From Octopus vulgaris (Eukaryota), in assembly GCA_951406725.2 (NCBI GenBank), contig OX597822.1:20398001-20462000 (forward strand): a DNA stretch of 64,000 bases, given 5' to 3'. Each line of letters starts with the position of its first letter. Within the stretch, counting starts at the first letter, position 1. The notes beneath the pieces are model-generated. The model saw only the letters and a program-made list of their open reading frames with translations. It was not told the origin of the DNA and made no database searches. This document shows positions 27,946-41,750 of this stretch, piece by piece. Position numbers and translations under genes: made by a program.

Positions 27946-28258
27946 CAGAAAGTAAACAGCCGAAGTACTCTGGATCCTGCCTGCTTTGTGTGTTTGTGTG
28001 TGCGTGTATATGTGTTTCTAAATGGCTAACATGTGTCTTCCACGCTGCAATTGTTCCAGTTTCAACATTAACAAAGACACACACACACACAAGGAAATTG
28101 AGTCGCTGATCAAAACATATAGTATGCAGGTACATTACCGAATATATATATATAATAGAAAAGAGTGAAAAAAATACAGAAGGCTTGTTTTATAAGGTTA
28201 AAGAATATATTTAAGTCGTTACGTTAGAAAATTTTGTGTATAGTAACATAGTTTTTGG

Positions 28259-28295
28259 AGAAATAACCGGTTTCGTGTAAACTTTTCAAATTTCT
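28259..28295 (-). ncRNA. Minimal type I hammerhead with compensatory U3-A8 core, in a PLE 3' UTR/pLTR
   Basis: agaaat-TTGAAAA-gt-ttac-ac-GAAA-ccgg-TT-atttct; 6-bp stem I; palindromic ACCGGT; ~235 bp downstream of a GIY-YIG ORF on the same strand. Confidence 0.7.
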
Positions 28296-28528
28296 TTACC
28301 TACATGTCTTCGTTATGTAGTGCAAAGAAGAGTTCCAGGCAGGGGAAGGTAATCAGGGATTTCTTCCGGTATAAGGGAGATAATCGCTTTATATTTTTTT
28401 CTTTTTTTCAATGGGATGAGTTTCTTTGTATAGGAATGTTAGGATGGTTAAGTTTAGGTTTTTTTTCTTTTTTTCCAATGAGATGAGTTTTTTTGTATAA
28501 TAATGTTAGGATGGTTAAGTTTAGGTTT

Positions 28529-29090
28529 TTATTTTTCAATGAAGAATGTTTCCTTGTTTAATCTAATTTGTGTTGGTGTTCCGATAGCACATTGATAGAA
28601 TGGAGAGATTAAAAATTGTGGTAGTAGTTGCTTTGCGCATTTCTTAATATGCTCACTAAAGGGTATCATTCTGTATTCTGGGAATGCAATCTGTCGTCGA
28701 TGCAGAGTGCATCTGCGTCTGAGTGATAATCCCGTGGACCCTACGTAGTTTTGGTGGCAGCCCGAGCATCTTATGACATAAATTATGTTTTCTAAAGCAC
28801 AAGTAAAATTAGATTTGATCTTGAATTTTTGTTCCTCTTTGAAGAGGAATTCTGATCCTTCTAGAAGGTTTGGGCATGTTGCGCAGTTTGGTCTATCACA
28901 TTTTTTTACTTTTGCATGCGTAATTTCAGAAAACAATTTTGCCTTTGTGAGGATCTTTTTTAGTGATTTAGGTTGTTTGTAGCTTTTAATGATTTTATGT
29001 ATGTTTAGAATTTCCTTTAATTTGGGGTCCTTATGAAGCATTGGTAAATTCTGGGTGAAGGCTTCTTTGTTTCTGGGGTTAATCCCTGAA
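28529..29090 (-). pseudogene. Penelope-like element GIY-YIG endonuclease fragment, 5'-truncated
   Basis: ORF 28529-29041 KKCDRPNCATC...NFTCALENIIYVIRCSGCHQNYVGSTGLSLRRRCTLH...LNKETFFIEK. Confidence 0.88.
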
Positions 29091-29496
29091 ACACTAGAAT
29101 GTAAAGCGAGGAAGACAAATGAAAAGATACAAAATTTGGTGATAAGCTACATACCACGATTTCACTGTTATAATTTATAAAACGTGATGTCAGCAGCCCA
29201 TCAGTGCAGTCGTCATATAAGTTCTTTCCGGATTCAGCGCGCCAGAATGAAGACATTTGAAATATACTCACAAATATAATAGAACTTTATACATGTTCTC
29301 TTTTGCGAGGACGTCTCGTGTCTGGTTCTGTGAATTATGTTTTCTATATGACGGCTGCACTGATGAGCTGCGGATATTTACGTTTTGTAAATGGTATGTA
29401 GCTTATCACCATGGTATGCAGCAAAACTATGGTATGTAGCTTATCACCAAATTTAGTATCTTTGCATTTGTCTGGCTCGCTTTACATTCTGGCGTT
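29091..29496. repeat. Diverged inverted repeat (~130-bp arms) abutting the PLE fragment
   Basis: 29091-29219 is approximately the reverse complement of 29346-29496, with a small internal duplication (atggtatgtagcttatcacc twice). Confidence 0.85.
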
Positions 29497-29712
29497 TGCG
29501 GTAATTTCTTGAGAACACATTCCTCGTGGTTAGACGATTTAGCGTCTTCTTCTAGCCTATTAGGAATCCACCTTGGTGGTTATTCCTCTTATATATGTAT
29601 GTAATATAATTTTCTTAATCTTCGGATTTTTTAAGTATCCTAGGCTACTGATTTACATTGATATTAATTAATAGTAATTTCTACCCTCATTATTTAACTT
29701 TCATATATATAC

Positions 29713-29940
29713 ATTAGAAGAAATGAGGGACTCAGAAATTCGGATGGTTTTATATTTACAGATATTTATTTGAATATTACATGTTTTTATACATCATATA
29801 ACTTAGATCATATATCATATATTAGCGCTAATATATGATATATGATATAAGTTATATGATGTATAAAAACATGTAATATACAAATATATATCTGTAAATA
29901 TAAAACCATCCGAATTTCTGAGTACCTCATTTCTTCTAAT
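29713..29940. repeat. 228-bp near-perfect palindrome with no spacer
   Basis: Centre ATTAGC|GCTAAT at 29821-29832; arms pair out to 29713/29940 with a few mismatches. Confidence 0.95.
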
Positions 29941-29972
29941 ATAAAATACCTGTACATTATTTCCAAACCTTC

Positions 29973-30009
<37 letters not shown>

Positions 30010-30012
<3 letters not shown>

Positions 30013-30600
30013 TGCAGCAACATGACCGACAAAGCTGTCAACACCAAGCAGTTTCTCAGAGATCTAACCATGACTGGCTACCCACCATCTTTGGCTAAAC
30101 AGCAGCGCCTAAAGAACATCAAGGTCAATAAACTCCGGAAGAATCATCATACTTCCAAGTCCAACACGTGCTTCCTGAAGCTACCACACTTTGACGACAA
30201 CTACAGCATGCAGTCCGCAGCGAAGGACTCGACATACAGATAGTGTACACCGGCCCTTCTCTGAGAAAAGCTCTGTCCAAGAAAAACACTTCTCACTATC
30301 CGAGGAGTGCACATTATTGAACTGCCCCAGCAATGACCCTGAATTGTGCCAGAGGTACTATGTTTATATGAAATCATCTGTGGCAACTGTGGCGCACCCT
30401 ACATAGGAAGCACAACAAGAAAACTGCATATAAGCATTAAGGAACACATGCAAGCAGACACTTCCGCGAAGAAACATCTACGGAAATGCCAGACCCGGGA
30501 ATTCACAGTGCACATCAAGGCACCACAGTGTAACAGGCCATCGTCATACACCAAAAGAAACCCAAGATCAACATCAGAAGAGAGTTACAGGAAGTTAGCT
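30010..30600 (+). pseudogene. Penelope-like element linker plus GIY-YIG fragment
   Basis: FLKLPHFDD...; YEIICGNCGAPYIGSTTRKLHISIKEH...AKKHLRKC; frameshifted. Confidence 0.8.
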
Positions 30601-31169
30601 TGTTACTACAGCGACACCTTTCCGCGCATGTCCACTCCACACATGCTCACACACACACACATTGGCAACATTCGTTAATTTCTTGAAAATGGTGTCATAA
30701 CCCCGAAATACTGAATACAAAGTAGGTCTACAGTAATTCATATATTTGTTTTCTTGAGATTTGCCTTGCATTTACTTGGCATTGTTCTGGCCTTAGCTAC
30801 GATCCTTTATACAATATATTCTGCGCAATGCTTCATAGTTATTAACCATTATATATATATATAGTTCATAGATGAGAATCATATATTCTCCGTATAGAAT
30901 ACGCTTAGTAGTGTCTGAAGAGGTTTAAACTTGAGCAGGAAGAGGAGTAAACGTAGAGATAAGGAAGTCAGGCAGGTTGATATACAAAGAATATTAAATA
31001 TGTTAAATACAAAAAGTATATACGTTTACATACGAAAATGTTTCGACTTCCACAGAAGAGAAATGATATCAAAAATGAAAAGGGTTGAAAAAGTGTATTA
31101 CAAATCCAACAGCTGTTTCTGGGGGTTCAGTGGTCCAAAAATAATGATTGTAAATTGATTCCATCGTCG

Positions 31170-31435
31170 GACGATACGAGACGCTGTCTTCAGGGAAAAA
31201 ATCTTAGATTTGAGTTGCTGAAAGAAAAGAGATTCTTTTCGACCACCGACCACCGAGGCGTTAAAAGGCATCACTTCGCAAGAGTTCCACCACTGATTCC
31301 AACAGTGGAAAACGTGTCTGGATCGATGCATTGCTTCAAATGGAAACTAATTTGAAGGCGATGAAAGTATAAACATATAAAACTAAGTGGATGAAATAAT
31401 ATTGCAAAATTCCGGTTTTCTTTTGGGTACACCCC

Positions 31436-31436
<1 letters not shown>
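31170..31436 (+). mobile_element. Mariner-type transposon 3' end with right TIR
   Basis: TTEALKGITSQEFHH*FQQWKTCLDRCIASNGN*FEGD, then aattccggttttcttttgggtacaccccg followed by TA. Confidence 0.8.
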
Positions 31437-31503
<67 letters not shown>

Positions 31504-32662
31504 ATTTACACAAACACACATGTACTTGTATGTATATATGTATACAGACTTCTTGTCTGTTCTTGGGTAAATTTCAATTATTGATACTCTTATTAGCAGG
31601 GAAAGAATAACAGAAATATATTATGTGTGTACGTTGATCGACCGATCCTTTAGACTATCAGATGTCCTTATACAATGTTGATCATCATGCGCTTCCATTC
31701 TTTCCGACTGGGTCCTTCTCTTTCATTCAGGCTTGCAATCTTTGACAATGTCGTCTTCCCGTCGTCGTGCATACATATATCCAACTACTCATACATCCAT
31801 TCATTCATAATACATATATGCATGCAATCATACATACAGCCACACATACAGCCATTCATATATTGAACATAATTTGTTCTCAAATTTTCTTTGGGATAAT
31901 TTACAGAGTGTATATCGGAGAGCAGAATACAAGAGAGTTAGTTTAACTGTTATATCATCTTAAATTGTATAATCTTTGCACTTGTTTTCCTAGCGAATGC
32001 CTTTATGTTGTCAGTAACCGTTATGTAGATAATTACATAATCAGATTGAAACGCCAGATGTTCAGAATAAAACAGAAATTTAATCCATTATTATTTAACA
32101 ACATTAGTTGGCTGACAGTGCAAAATTACAACTGTGTATCCCTTGGGATCTGCAACAAAGGATGAAGCGAGTTCTTCAGCAATTTTCCTGAAAATATCTG
32201 CTGTGGACTCGAGCAGAGACTGTAGCAGGATATCCCAACAAATATCAGGAAACAACGCTGCTATCTCTCGTCCAGATATTGTAGGCAAGACGTGACGAAA
32301 TTTGTTTCTTACTTTAACAAATTGGAGAATTTGGAACACAAGTGCAATTAATAATGCCTTTTCTGTTGTATTGAAAATTGCCATAATGATTTTAAACGTG
32401 ATGTGTGTGTGTGTGTATGTGTGTGTGTGTGTGTGTATGAGATTTTGTTACAAGATATGCACTCTATCTACGCGATTAAGTAGTTAATAGCAAACGTTAG
32501 GTTACTGTACATTGCAGACTCTTAAATACGCTGGTAATATGAGTGTGGCGAGGTACATTTTCTTAATTTGCCTTCTAAAACGAGATTTAGATGATTTTAA
32601 GTTTTGCTGTAGGTAAGATAAAAGTGTCTGTGTATGTGTCCATGTGAAATATTATATGTGTG

Positions 32663-32710
<48 letters not shown>

Positions 32711-32716
32711 AATATA

Positions 32717-32755
<39 letters not shown>

Positions 32756-32789
32756 ACACGCCAGCTGAATCCAATTCGTCTGAGTCGAA

Positions 32790-33100
32790 AGACGCCTGTT
32801 GTTGTGTCCTATTATTATTATTATCATTGTTTTTTGTATTTATATTCGTATTATTTTTTGTTTTTTGTATTTATATTCGTGTAACATCGTCCGTTTTCTT
32901 GTCCTTGTTTCGTATGCATTCGATCCTTTTCGTAGCTTAGTTTTTTCTTGGGGCTGGCCAGATTGGAGCAATCTCAAGATTAATCAGCCGAAATTGCGAG
33001 GATGATCCGGTTCTTGACTGAAGATTAGAGGCTTCGAATGACCCGTCCGTTTTTTTTTGTATCGTCTATTTGGATGTTTTGCGTTCTTGTCCCATTTTGT
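32790..33100. repeat. Dispersed non-coding repeat, copy 1
   Basis: Homologous to 39010-39310 (tattcgtgtaacatcgtccgtttt...ggatgatccggttcttgactgaagatt). Confidence 0.8.
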
Positions 33101-33599
33101 ATTTATATATATATATATATATACAGGTATGTTGATACAAACTGGAAAAATAGAGCTCAAAATATGAGTATATGTGTATTTTTATTAATATTTAGCAGAA
33201 GTAACAGAGTGACACAAGATCCGAGAGTTTCATGCATTGGCACTCATCAAGCTAGTTGTTGATGGTTGTATTTCCTTCTGGATTGATCTAGAACGACTCA
33301 TATTAATGTCACGTGAATAATTCAAATAGTTAGCTCGTTATGTCGTTCTAAAAGTAAACACATAGGTAAATGAGTAAAGAAATACAGAGAAAAAAAAAGA
33401 AACTTGTGTGTCACCACACGCGCATACACACTCACATATACATGCACGCATACACACATACACATACCAAAAACGCCCCACAAAATACGCACATACATAT
33501 ATACATACACATACATACACGCACTCGCACACGTGCACACACATTTATATATGTGTATATATATAGTACACACACACGCACTCACATGCGTACATCATG

Positions 33600-33661
<62 letters not shown>

Positions 33662-33719
33662 CACACATATATATATACTTACATATAACATACCCATACA
33701 CATATACATAAAGATACGT

Positions 33720-33752
<33 letters not shown>

Positions 33753-34684
33753 AAAAATATATATATATATATATGCACACACATACTATACTCACATATA
33801 ACATATACATACACATATACTTAAAGGAGCTTACATATACACACAAAGGCATACATATATACACAAACAGATACGCACACATTCATGTGCACATGCATAT
33901 ATACATGAAAATACAATCTCCTACGCATATATTTATATACACGTATACACGATAAATAGAATAAAGTATAAGTTTAGAATAAAATAAATAAGCAATTATA
34001 AATATAAATATAAGATAAAGGATGAATATGAACTATAACCAGTCCTTGTTTTCTTTCTTCTTCTTGTCATATGTATATACGTACATGTACATATACACAC
34101 ACATATACACATATGTATATACACACACATATACACATACGTAGTCACAAACACAGGCACACGCGTAAACGCTTATGTGTATATATATATATATACGTAT
34201 ATACATTCATAAACATATGTACGCACACACGTGCGCGCGACATCACACAACAATAATAGTTTTATATATGTATATATATGTATGTATGCATGTATGTATG
34301 TATGCATGTATGTATGTATATGTATGCACGTATGTGTTTGTGTATGTGTGTGTAGATAAGCTAATTTTATACCACCGTTATTTGAAACGTCTCTTTGTAT
34401 TCATATAGTAGAGTACTCGACTATTATACTATTTTATCTGTGTAGAATTGTTTTCATAGAATTTGAATGGCTTTAAAATGTGTTTGCAAGAGAGAAAGCG
34501 TTCTTATTTTAGATTAAGTAAATTATTCCTTCCTAATAGAATAAGCAGTGCTTCACTGGAGCAAAATTTCTATTCCTTCTTGTTTCCAACGTAATAAGGG
34601 GCTCTTGCTTTTTATACCTCAGTGTAGTTTGTATACCGTATTCGATGAATTACAAATAAATATATGCTTAGCTAGTCTACTTTA

Positions 34685-35079
34685 ATTACCTCCGCCTTCG
34701 CTAAGCCTGATGTATTGTTTCAGTCGCGTTTGTTTGTTTGCCTTTTTGTTTGTCCATGGACAAGATATCTCAAGAACCGCTGGATGGATTCGGATGAAAC
34801 TTTCAAGGATGTTTAGCCTCGTGACTGGCACGAACTGATTAGATTTTGAGATCGATCCGATATCGGACAACGAGTCTGGATTAGTTTTCCTGTTTTTTAC
34901 TTAATTAGTTTTTTTTACTTAATTTTTGAGAGCGGTCGAGTTCATTTTTAGTATTCTCGTTTGTGAGAGGAGGCGTATTTATTTCAGATATTCTCATTTT
35001 AAAACTCATTTCTGGCTAATCGTTGAGAGGACGTTGGTGTTGACTTGGCGGAGATTTGCGCTCTCTGATTGATCTGGTT
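34685..35079 (+). mobile_element. Helentron-associated non-autonomous element (HINE/DINE-like)
   Basis: 5' ttacctccgcc and subterminal inverted ggcggagat near the 3' end; internal (GTTT)n; 3' gcgctctctgattgatctggtt hairpin-like end. Confidence 0.65.
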
Positions 35080-35891
35080 ACATAAATTTGTCATCCTGAA
35101 GCGGTGTGTATGCAAATTGTAATAACATTTAAAGTGATTACTTTTATATCCAACGTAATAACGAGAATACTTTGCAGTAATGGCACTATATTTGCAGATA
35201 ACATTATGTATTAAGCAGCTGCAGCCTTCCTTCGTATCGCTATTTCAGTGATGAAATAAAACCTTTCTATCTTGCTATATAAACACTATTCTCTTAATAC
35301 AGAGTTTTTTTGCCACTTAACACAGTCAAACAACTGGTTATAGTAAATAATAATGTTTTAAATTACTATTTCTTATGACGATATGGCATTTCAAAGGGAT
35401 TGAGCCATCGACCAAATAACGATTACCGTAGAACATTCTACTACTTGGTACCGAAACACCTGTAAAAATCATGTAATTTATGATATTATGATAAAAAAAA
35501 AAACTCACGCTTCTGTTGTATTCCTCTTTTATATGTACACATGCCTCGCATAGAGATATGTATGTAAATATCTAAGTTGAGTGACGAAGAGAGTGAGTGT
35601 AAAAGAGAGACTGATATAGATAACAAGGTTGATAATACAGCTAAGAATTTATAGATTTTAGTAAAACTTGCTGTGACAAAGAATTCTTCGGCCAAAACAA
35701 ACCAAGACAGGAGAAACTAAAACAATAATAAACCAGTTGATGTTGAAAATGATAAGGAAGAATCTTAAACAACTAAAAATGTATATTTTAGAACAATAGT
35801 TTTGTGAAATACGTAACAAATCTTCACCACTTAATGTTAATAGTTTTACACATACACATACGAATGCACACCCATACACACGCACACAGAT

Positions 35892-35933
<42 letters not shown>

Positions 35934-36147
35934 ACGTGCGCGCATACACATAGACACACTGCATTTGATCTGCAAGCTTCGACGATAAGCACTCAGTTAT
36001 TCGCTCAATCAGCCGCTCATTAAATTACACTGTAATGCTTAAGTATTCTATGGATATGTATACCCTTAACGTGAATTCGTGTAACAAAGAATCCCACAAG
36101 TCTCACACTTTTAAATTGCAGGTACATTCCAACCATCAATCCAATCT

Positions 36148-36649
<502 letters not shown>

Positions 36650-36669
36650 TATATATATATATGTATATG

Positions 36670-36723
<54 letters not shown>

Positions 36724-36774
36724 GTTTCAACACACGACTTCACATAAAAAATCTTGCACAACAAATATTTAAAC

Positions 36775-36828
<54 letters not shown>

Positions 36829-36876
36829 AAAGGCAGAAATATATATATATAGAAATATATATATATATATATAAAA

Positions 36877-37103
36877 AGGCAACAGGTTGCTTAGCCACAT
36901 ACCGAAGGACATGGAATTGATATTTTATTATATTCCTAATCCAGAAACGCGTTCGTAAATAACCGTTAGACTTTGTTTTCGTTATTTCTTCCTTCTGTTT
37001 TATATATGTGAATTACAGGGATATGTCGTATGTGGTGTCTTATTTGTAGAATTTGACTGCTATTTCTAATTTTTTCGGTATGTGGCTAAGCAACCTGTTG
37101 CCT
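36877..37103 (+). mobile_element. 5'-truncated hammerhead-bearing element with 30-bp terminal inverted copy
   Basis: 36877-36906 is the reverse complement of 37074-37103. The 3' half of an HHR follows (GA-agga...ggaat/attcc...tcca-GAAA-cgcg-TT, 36904-36953). Confidence 0.72.
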
Positions 37104-37264
37104 GCCTTTTTCATTTATATACAAAATATATATTGAACTTTTATAGAAGTTCCTACCATTAATGGTTATATTTACATGCCGAAATCTACCAGTAAATAAT
37201 TGTTGGTTTTTAAAAGCCATTAAAACTATTATTTACTCTTATTATATTACTCTTATTATATTAC

Positions 37265-37331
<67 letters not shown>

Positions 37332-37438
37332 TAGTTACGATGCACCAATAGAACATACACGAGCTTTTCTCACGGTAATTATTGCAGTATTGTGTTCTAA
37401 CACATCCACTTTTAAACGGGGATAAACGTTATCTTTTG

Positions 37439-37501
<63 letters not shown>

Positions 37502-37639
37502 CATCATCTATCTATCTATCCATCTATCTATCTGCACACACACACACACACACACACACAAAGAAATATATAATATTATCCAACATACATAAATGAATAT
37601 ATATTATCGAACATACATATAAAATATATACGCTTCGCG

Positions 37640-37910
37640 TGTTCGCTGATAGGCTGCGATTTGACGCAGTGGAGATGACTCTGTCGAAGCGCCGGGTTTT
37701 CAAATACCCAAAAGTTATAGACAGGTGAGACAACTCACTCCGAGTCGTATTCAGGAGTGATGGACATCGATTTTTCGCCATCTTTGTGGTTTATCATCAT
37801 TACGTACCTAAACCGAACCGGAGGTGTCTCGCTTGTCTATGACATTCGGGTGTTTTAACTTTGAGAGAGTTATCTCCACCGCATCAAATCGCAGCCGGCC
37901 GGTAAACAAG
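37640..37910. mobile_element. GC-rich fold-back (MITE-like) element
   Basis: ggctgcgatttgacgcagtggagatgactct pairs with agagttatctccaccgcatcaaatcgcagcc; inner arms atagacaggtgagaca / tgtctcgcttgtctat. Confidence 0.7.
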
Positions 37911-38296
37911 CACAGTACATGTAATGTTTATGTGTGTTCGATAATGTTTGCAACACTACCGCTTCTGATTCATATTTGAATATATGTATATATATAATTA
38001 TAACAATAAGGGTTTTTTGCAACAAGTTGCTTAACCACATACCGAAAATTTTAGAAATAGCAGCCAAAAAACTACTATTTTGTGATTCACGTGGTAAAAC
38101 TTCTGGAGGGAAATACGAATTCACTTGGCTATATAAATGTGGATATGCTGATTAGCTTTTATATTTTTCGATGTCGCTTGATCGAAAATATAGGAGGTAA
38201 GTTTTCCTAGCATTTCTAGATTTATAGGGTCTTGGTCTTATGATTCTAATTACTTATTGAACGTCCCTCGTATATATATATGTATATATATGTATA

Positions 38297-38337
<41 letters not shown>

Positions 38338-38362
38338 ATACATACATACATACATATATATA

Positions 38363-38433
<71 letters not shown>

Positions 38434-38492
38434 GTTATATATATATATATATGTATATATATGTATATATATATATATATGTATGTATATAC

Positions 38493-38581
<89 letters not shown>

Positions 38582-38589
38582 GATAATTA

Positions 38590-38945
38590 ATAAATATAAG
38601 GGTAGCAAAAAATTCGAGAAAAAATGCTCCGCTACCAGCGGTCTAGTGAGAAAGAAAATATAGTCAAAGACTATATAATATACATTCAACAATATAAGAA
38701 ATGGCCATATAGGACATTCGACTCACTAGAAAGAGCAGCCAACCTCAAACCGCTAAATAGTTGTAATTCTGAAATAGAAAGAGAAATAAAAACGTTTACC
38801 CCTTTCATCTCTGGACTATGCATAATTTCGGCAAACTTAGGCAAATGAATTAATTAAATTAACTTCATTTATATCTGGCGTGCCTCGTCAGCAGAGAGCC
38901 TAGGATGAGTATATGTCCACGAGGCTATGGTGAAATTTAGCTGTT
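38590..38945 (-). mobile_element. Hammerhead-bearing non-coding element, related to 39350-39665 and 63192-63790
   Basis: Shared colinear blocks: ggtaaacgtttt, gcggtttgag, ggctgctctttctag, tatatagtctttgactat, tagaccgctgg. Confidence 0.78.
38808..38897 (-). ncRNA. Type I hammerhead ribozyme, canonical core, extended stem II
   Basis: tctctg-CTGACGA-ggca...(aaatgaa/ttcattt)...tgcc-GAAA-ttatgcatag-TC-cagaga; near-palindromic stem III; GUC triplet. Confidence 0.88.
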
Positions 38946-39009
38946 GTCTTCGTCTGCCGATAAAGGCATTTTTTCAAAATACGCCAGCCAAACTTGTACT
39001 GTTTGTTAG

Positions 39010-39310
39010 TCGTAATACACCCGCTGTTTTTGTCCTGTTTTTACCATTATTGTTTTTTGTATTTTATATTCGTGTGGCATCGTCCGTTTTTCTGTCCCGG
39101 TTTCGTATACATTCGATCCTTCTTCCAAGAAATCTAATGCTCGTAGATTAGTTTTTCCTTGGGGATGGCCGGATCGGACCGATCTCAAGATTAATCATCC
39201 GAAATTGGTAGGATGATCCGGTTCTTGACTGAAGATTGAAGGCTTCGAATGTCCCGTCCGTGTTTTTTGTATCGTCTTCTAAATGTTTTACGTTCTTGTC
39301 CCAGTTAGTA
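39010..39310. repeat. Dispersed non-coding repeat, copy 2
   Basis: Homologous to 32790-33100. Confidence 0.8.
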
Positions 39311-39443
39311 TTTTCTACATATAAATAATGTATATATATATATATATAAGTTTGGCGCGAATGCGTTGGTCTTGAAAATTTTAAGACAGATATTCCTGAG
39401 GCATTGATACAGTCGCCTCGTGTATATTCGTCTCTCCCAGGTT

Positions 39444-39544
39444 TCTTTTACTGATGAAGTGTGACCTATGGTAGACTAGCTTAATTTAATTTAATTAAGC
39501 TGGTCTATCATTAAAAACACAGAAACGATGCATCGTATAAAAGA
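39444..39544 (+). ncRNA. Type I hammerhead ribozyme, canonical core, extended stem II
   Basis: tctttta-CTGATGA-agtgt-gacct-[~19-bp hairpin]-taaaa-acaca-GAAA-cgatgcatcg-TA-taaaaga; 7-bp stem I; 12-nt palindrome ACGATGCATCGT; GUA at 39535-39537. Confidence 0.9.
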
Positions 39545-39663
39545 TGAATTAGGGTAAACGTTTTTAAATTTTCACCTTATTTCCGAATTGCACTACTTGG
39601 CGGTTTGAGTTCTGGCTGCTCTTTCTGGTGGACGAATGGCCTGTTAAGGCCATTCCTAAATTG

Positions 39664-39722
<59 letters not shown>

Positions 39723-39744
39723 CACATATATATATAAACATACA

Positions 39745-39826
<82 letters not shown>

Positions 39827-39839
39827 CACATATATATAT

Positions 39840-39939
<100 letters not shown>

Positions 39940-41714
39940 CAAACAGTAAGATTTGAAATAAGATGTCACTAGTGTTAATATCATCTGTGGATAAAATTTA
40001 AAATTGATGGTATCAACAATAGTATGATAGGTAGGTGGTTCGCCGGCAAAAAGCATTATTTGGCTACAAATTGCGAATTAGCCTGAAGCGTAAGGATGCA
40101 AAAAAAACATCAGGCTCAAGGATTGAATTTCCAAAAGCCGAAACCCGAAATATAATAATGATTAATTGTATGCACTAATTTAGATGGATTTTTAAAAACT
40201 GCCCTAATCAAAATAACATTAGTAATAGTTAAGAAGATATACATTCAAATACCTACAGTTATTTCTTCTTTTGCATTCTTCTCCTTTTCTTATTTTTACT
40301 TACAAGGTGTATAAAGCGAATGTTTTGAATAAAATCAAGCACGCGGAGAATGGCATATCGTGAATGGATCAATAACAAGCGTATCTTCTCATTATGTATA
40401 CATGCTATAATTCAAGACTGCTACCTAACTATGATTTATGAGTAGAACTTGTCGACACTTTAATTGTATTTAGTGAATTTACCTCCATTAAAACCCGAAC
40501 TGTGTCTCTAAATTTCGTTATGCTCCATGTGCGTATTACGTTTATGTTGGCCATGTTAAACTATTACCTATCGTTACTATGATTTCCCTTTGTATCACTT
40601 TTCTTGTCATTAATATTTTTACTTATCATTATTTAAAACTCATCATGTATTAACTAACCAAATATATTCCGTATCTTCATGATATCAGTATACCGTTGCA
40701 GTATTTCCTTTCCTTTGTAAGTAAATTACATGAAATAATCAATATAGTTTTATTATATGTGTGCATGTGTGTGTATGTATATATGCATCCATATATTTAT
40801 ATGTATATATATATATGTATGAACTGTTTCCGTACTGAGAATACTTTCCTTTGAGTGGTTTATTTGTTCGCAGTTTTATTTGTTCTATTCGTTTTATAAT
40901 CTATACTGTATTTATTTTGTATTCGGGGCTACATAAGAATGCCTTAGTTTGCTTGTTTAATTGTAAGTCTTTCAGCTGTGGTATTGTGTGATGTGTCTTT
41001 TGGTTAGCCTGCCCATGCATGTAATTATGCATGTATGTGTAACTGTTGGTGTACAGCAGTCTATATGTATGCATCTAAGAATGTGTGTTACATTTGGCAT
41101 GTATAAATGTACGTGCTGCTTAGTATAATATGTAATCGTGTCGGCCACTTCCTGTGTGTGATAGTTTGAGAATAACTTCTGATATATCCCCTTCTAGGCT
41201 TCTATACAGTTATACCTTAGATCATCTAGGACATTTCATTAACATATTTCGAATGCATTCGTAAAGTGACACCTCAAAAGTGGATGTATCGTGTGATGTC
41301 AATTTAATATATTTATCTAATTTCTTAGAACTCCACTTGTCTGTATTCTTATTTATATTTTTACTTATATCATTTTGTCTTAGATTTATATTGCTATATA
41401 TTTGTAAATGTATTTTATTCTGACCTTGTTTTTCATTCTTTGCCTTATTATTATTTTTGTTTGGACATTATTACCAGTTATATATTAACGGCATGATACA
41501 GTTCATATATTTCGATTAGCATTTGTTGAAGAAATGATTTTATAAGTAAAAATATTAAATCGAGCATACAAATGAAGGCTTCGAAGTATGAATGTTGTTT
41601 TCAACAGAGAGGGAGAGAGAGAGAATCAAGTAAATACACACGAACACAATATACAGGTATGCATATATATATATAATCGTCAAAAATACTCACACACACA
41701 CATGCGCACGCACA

Positions 41715-41750
<36 letters not shown>

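Noticed and set aside
32091-32384. 97-aa minus-strand ORF
   Set aside because: No recognisable domain or splice support, and the length is compatible with chance.
32970-33035. GAAA...CTGAAGA arrangement (also 39185-39250) as a permuted hammerhead
   Set aside because: It folds better as a simple hairpin, and stems I and II do not flank the core correctly.
33205-33256. TTGATGA-gtgc-caat-gcat-GAAA on the minus strand as an intact ribozyme
   Set aside because: C3 is altered without compensation and stems I and III are broken; a decayed relic at best.
40860-41300. Very old GIY-YIG-like remnant (also 57690-57950)
   Set aside because: Only vague motif resemblance; too decayed to support.
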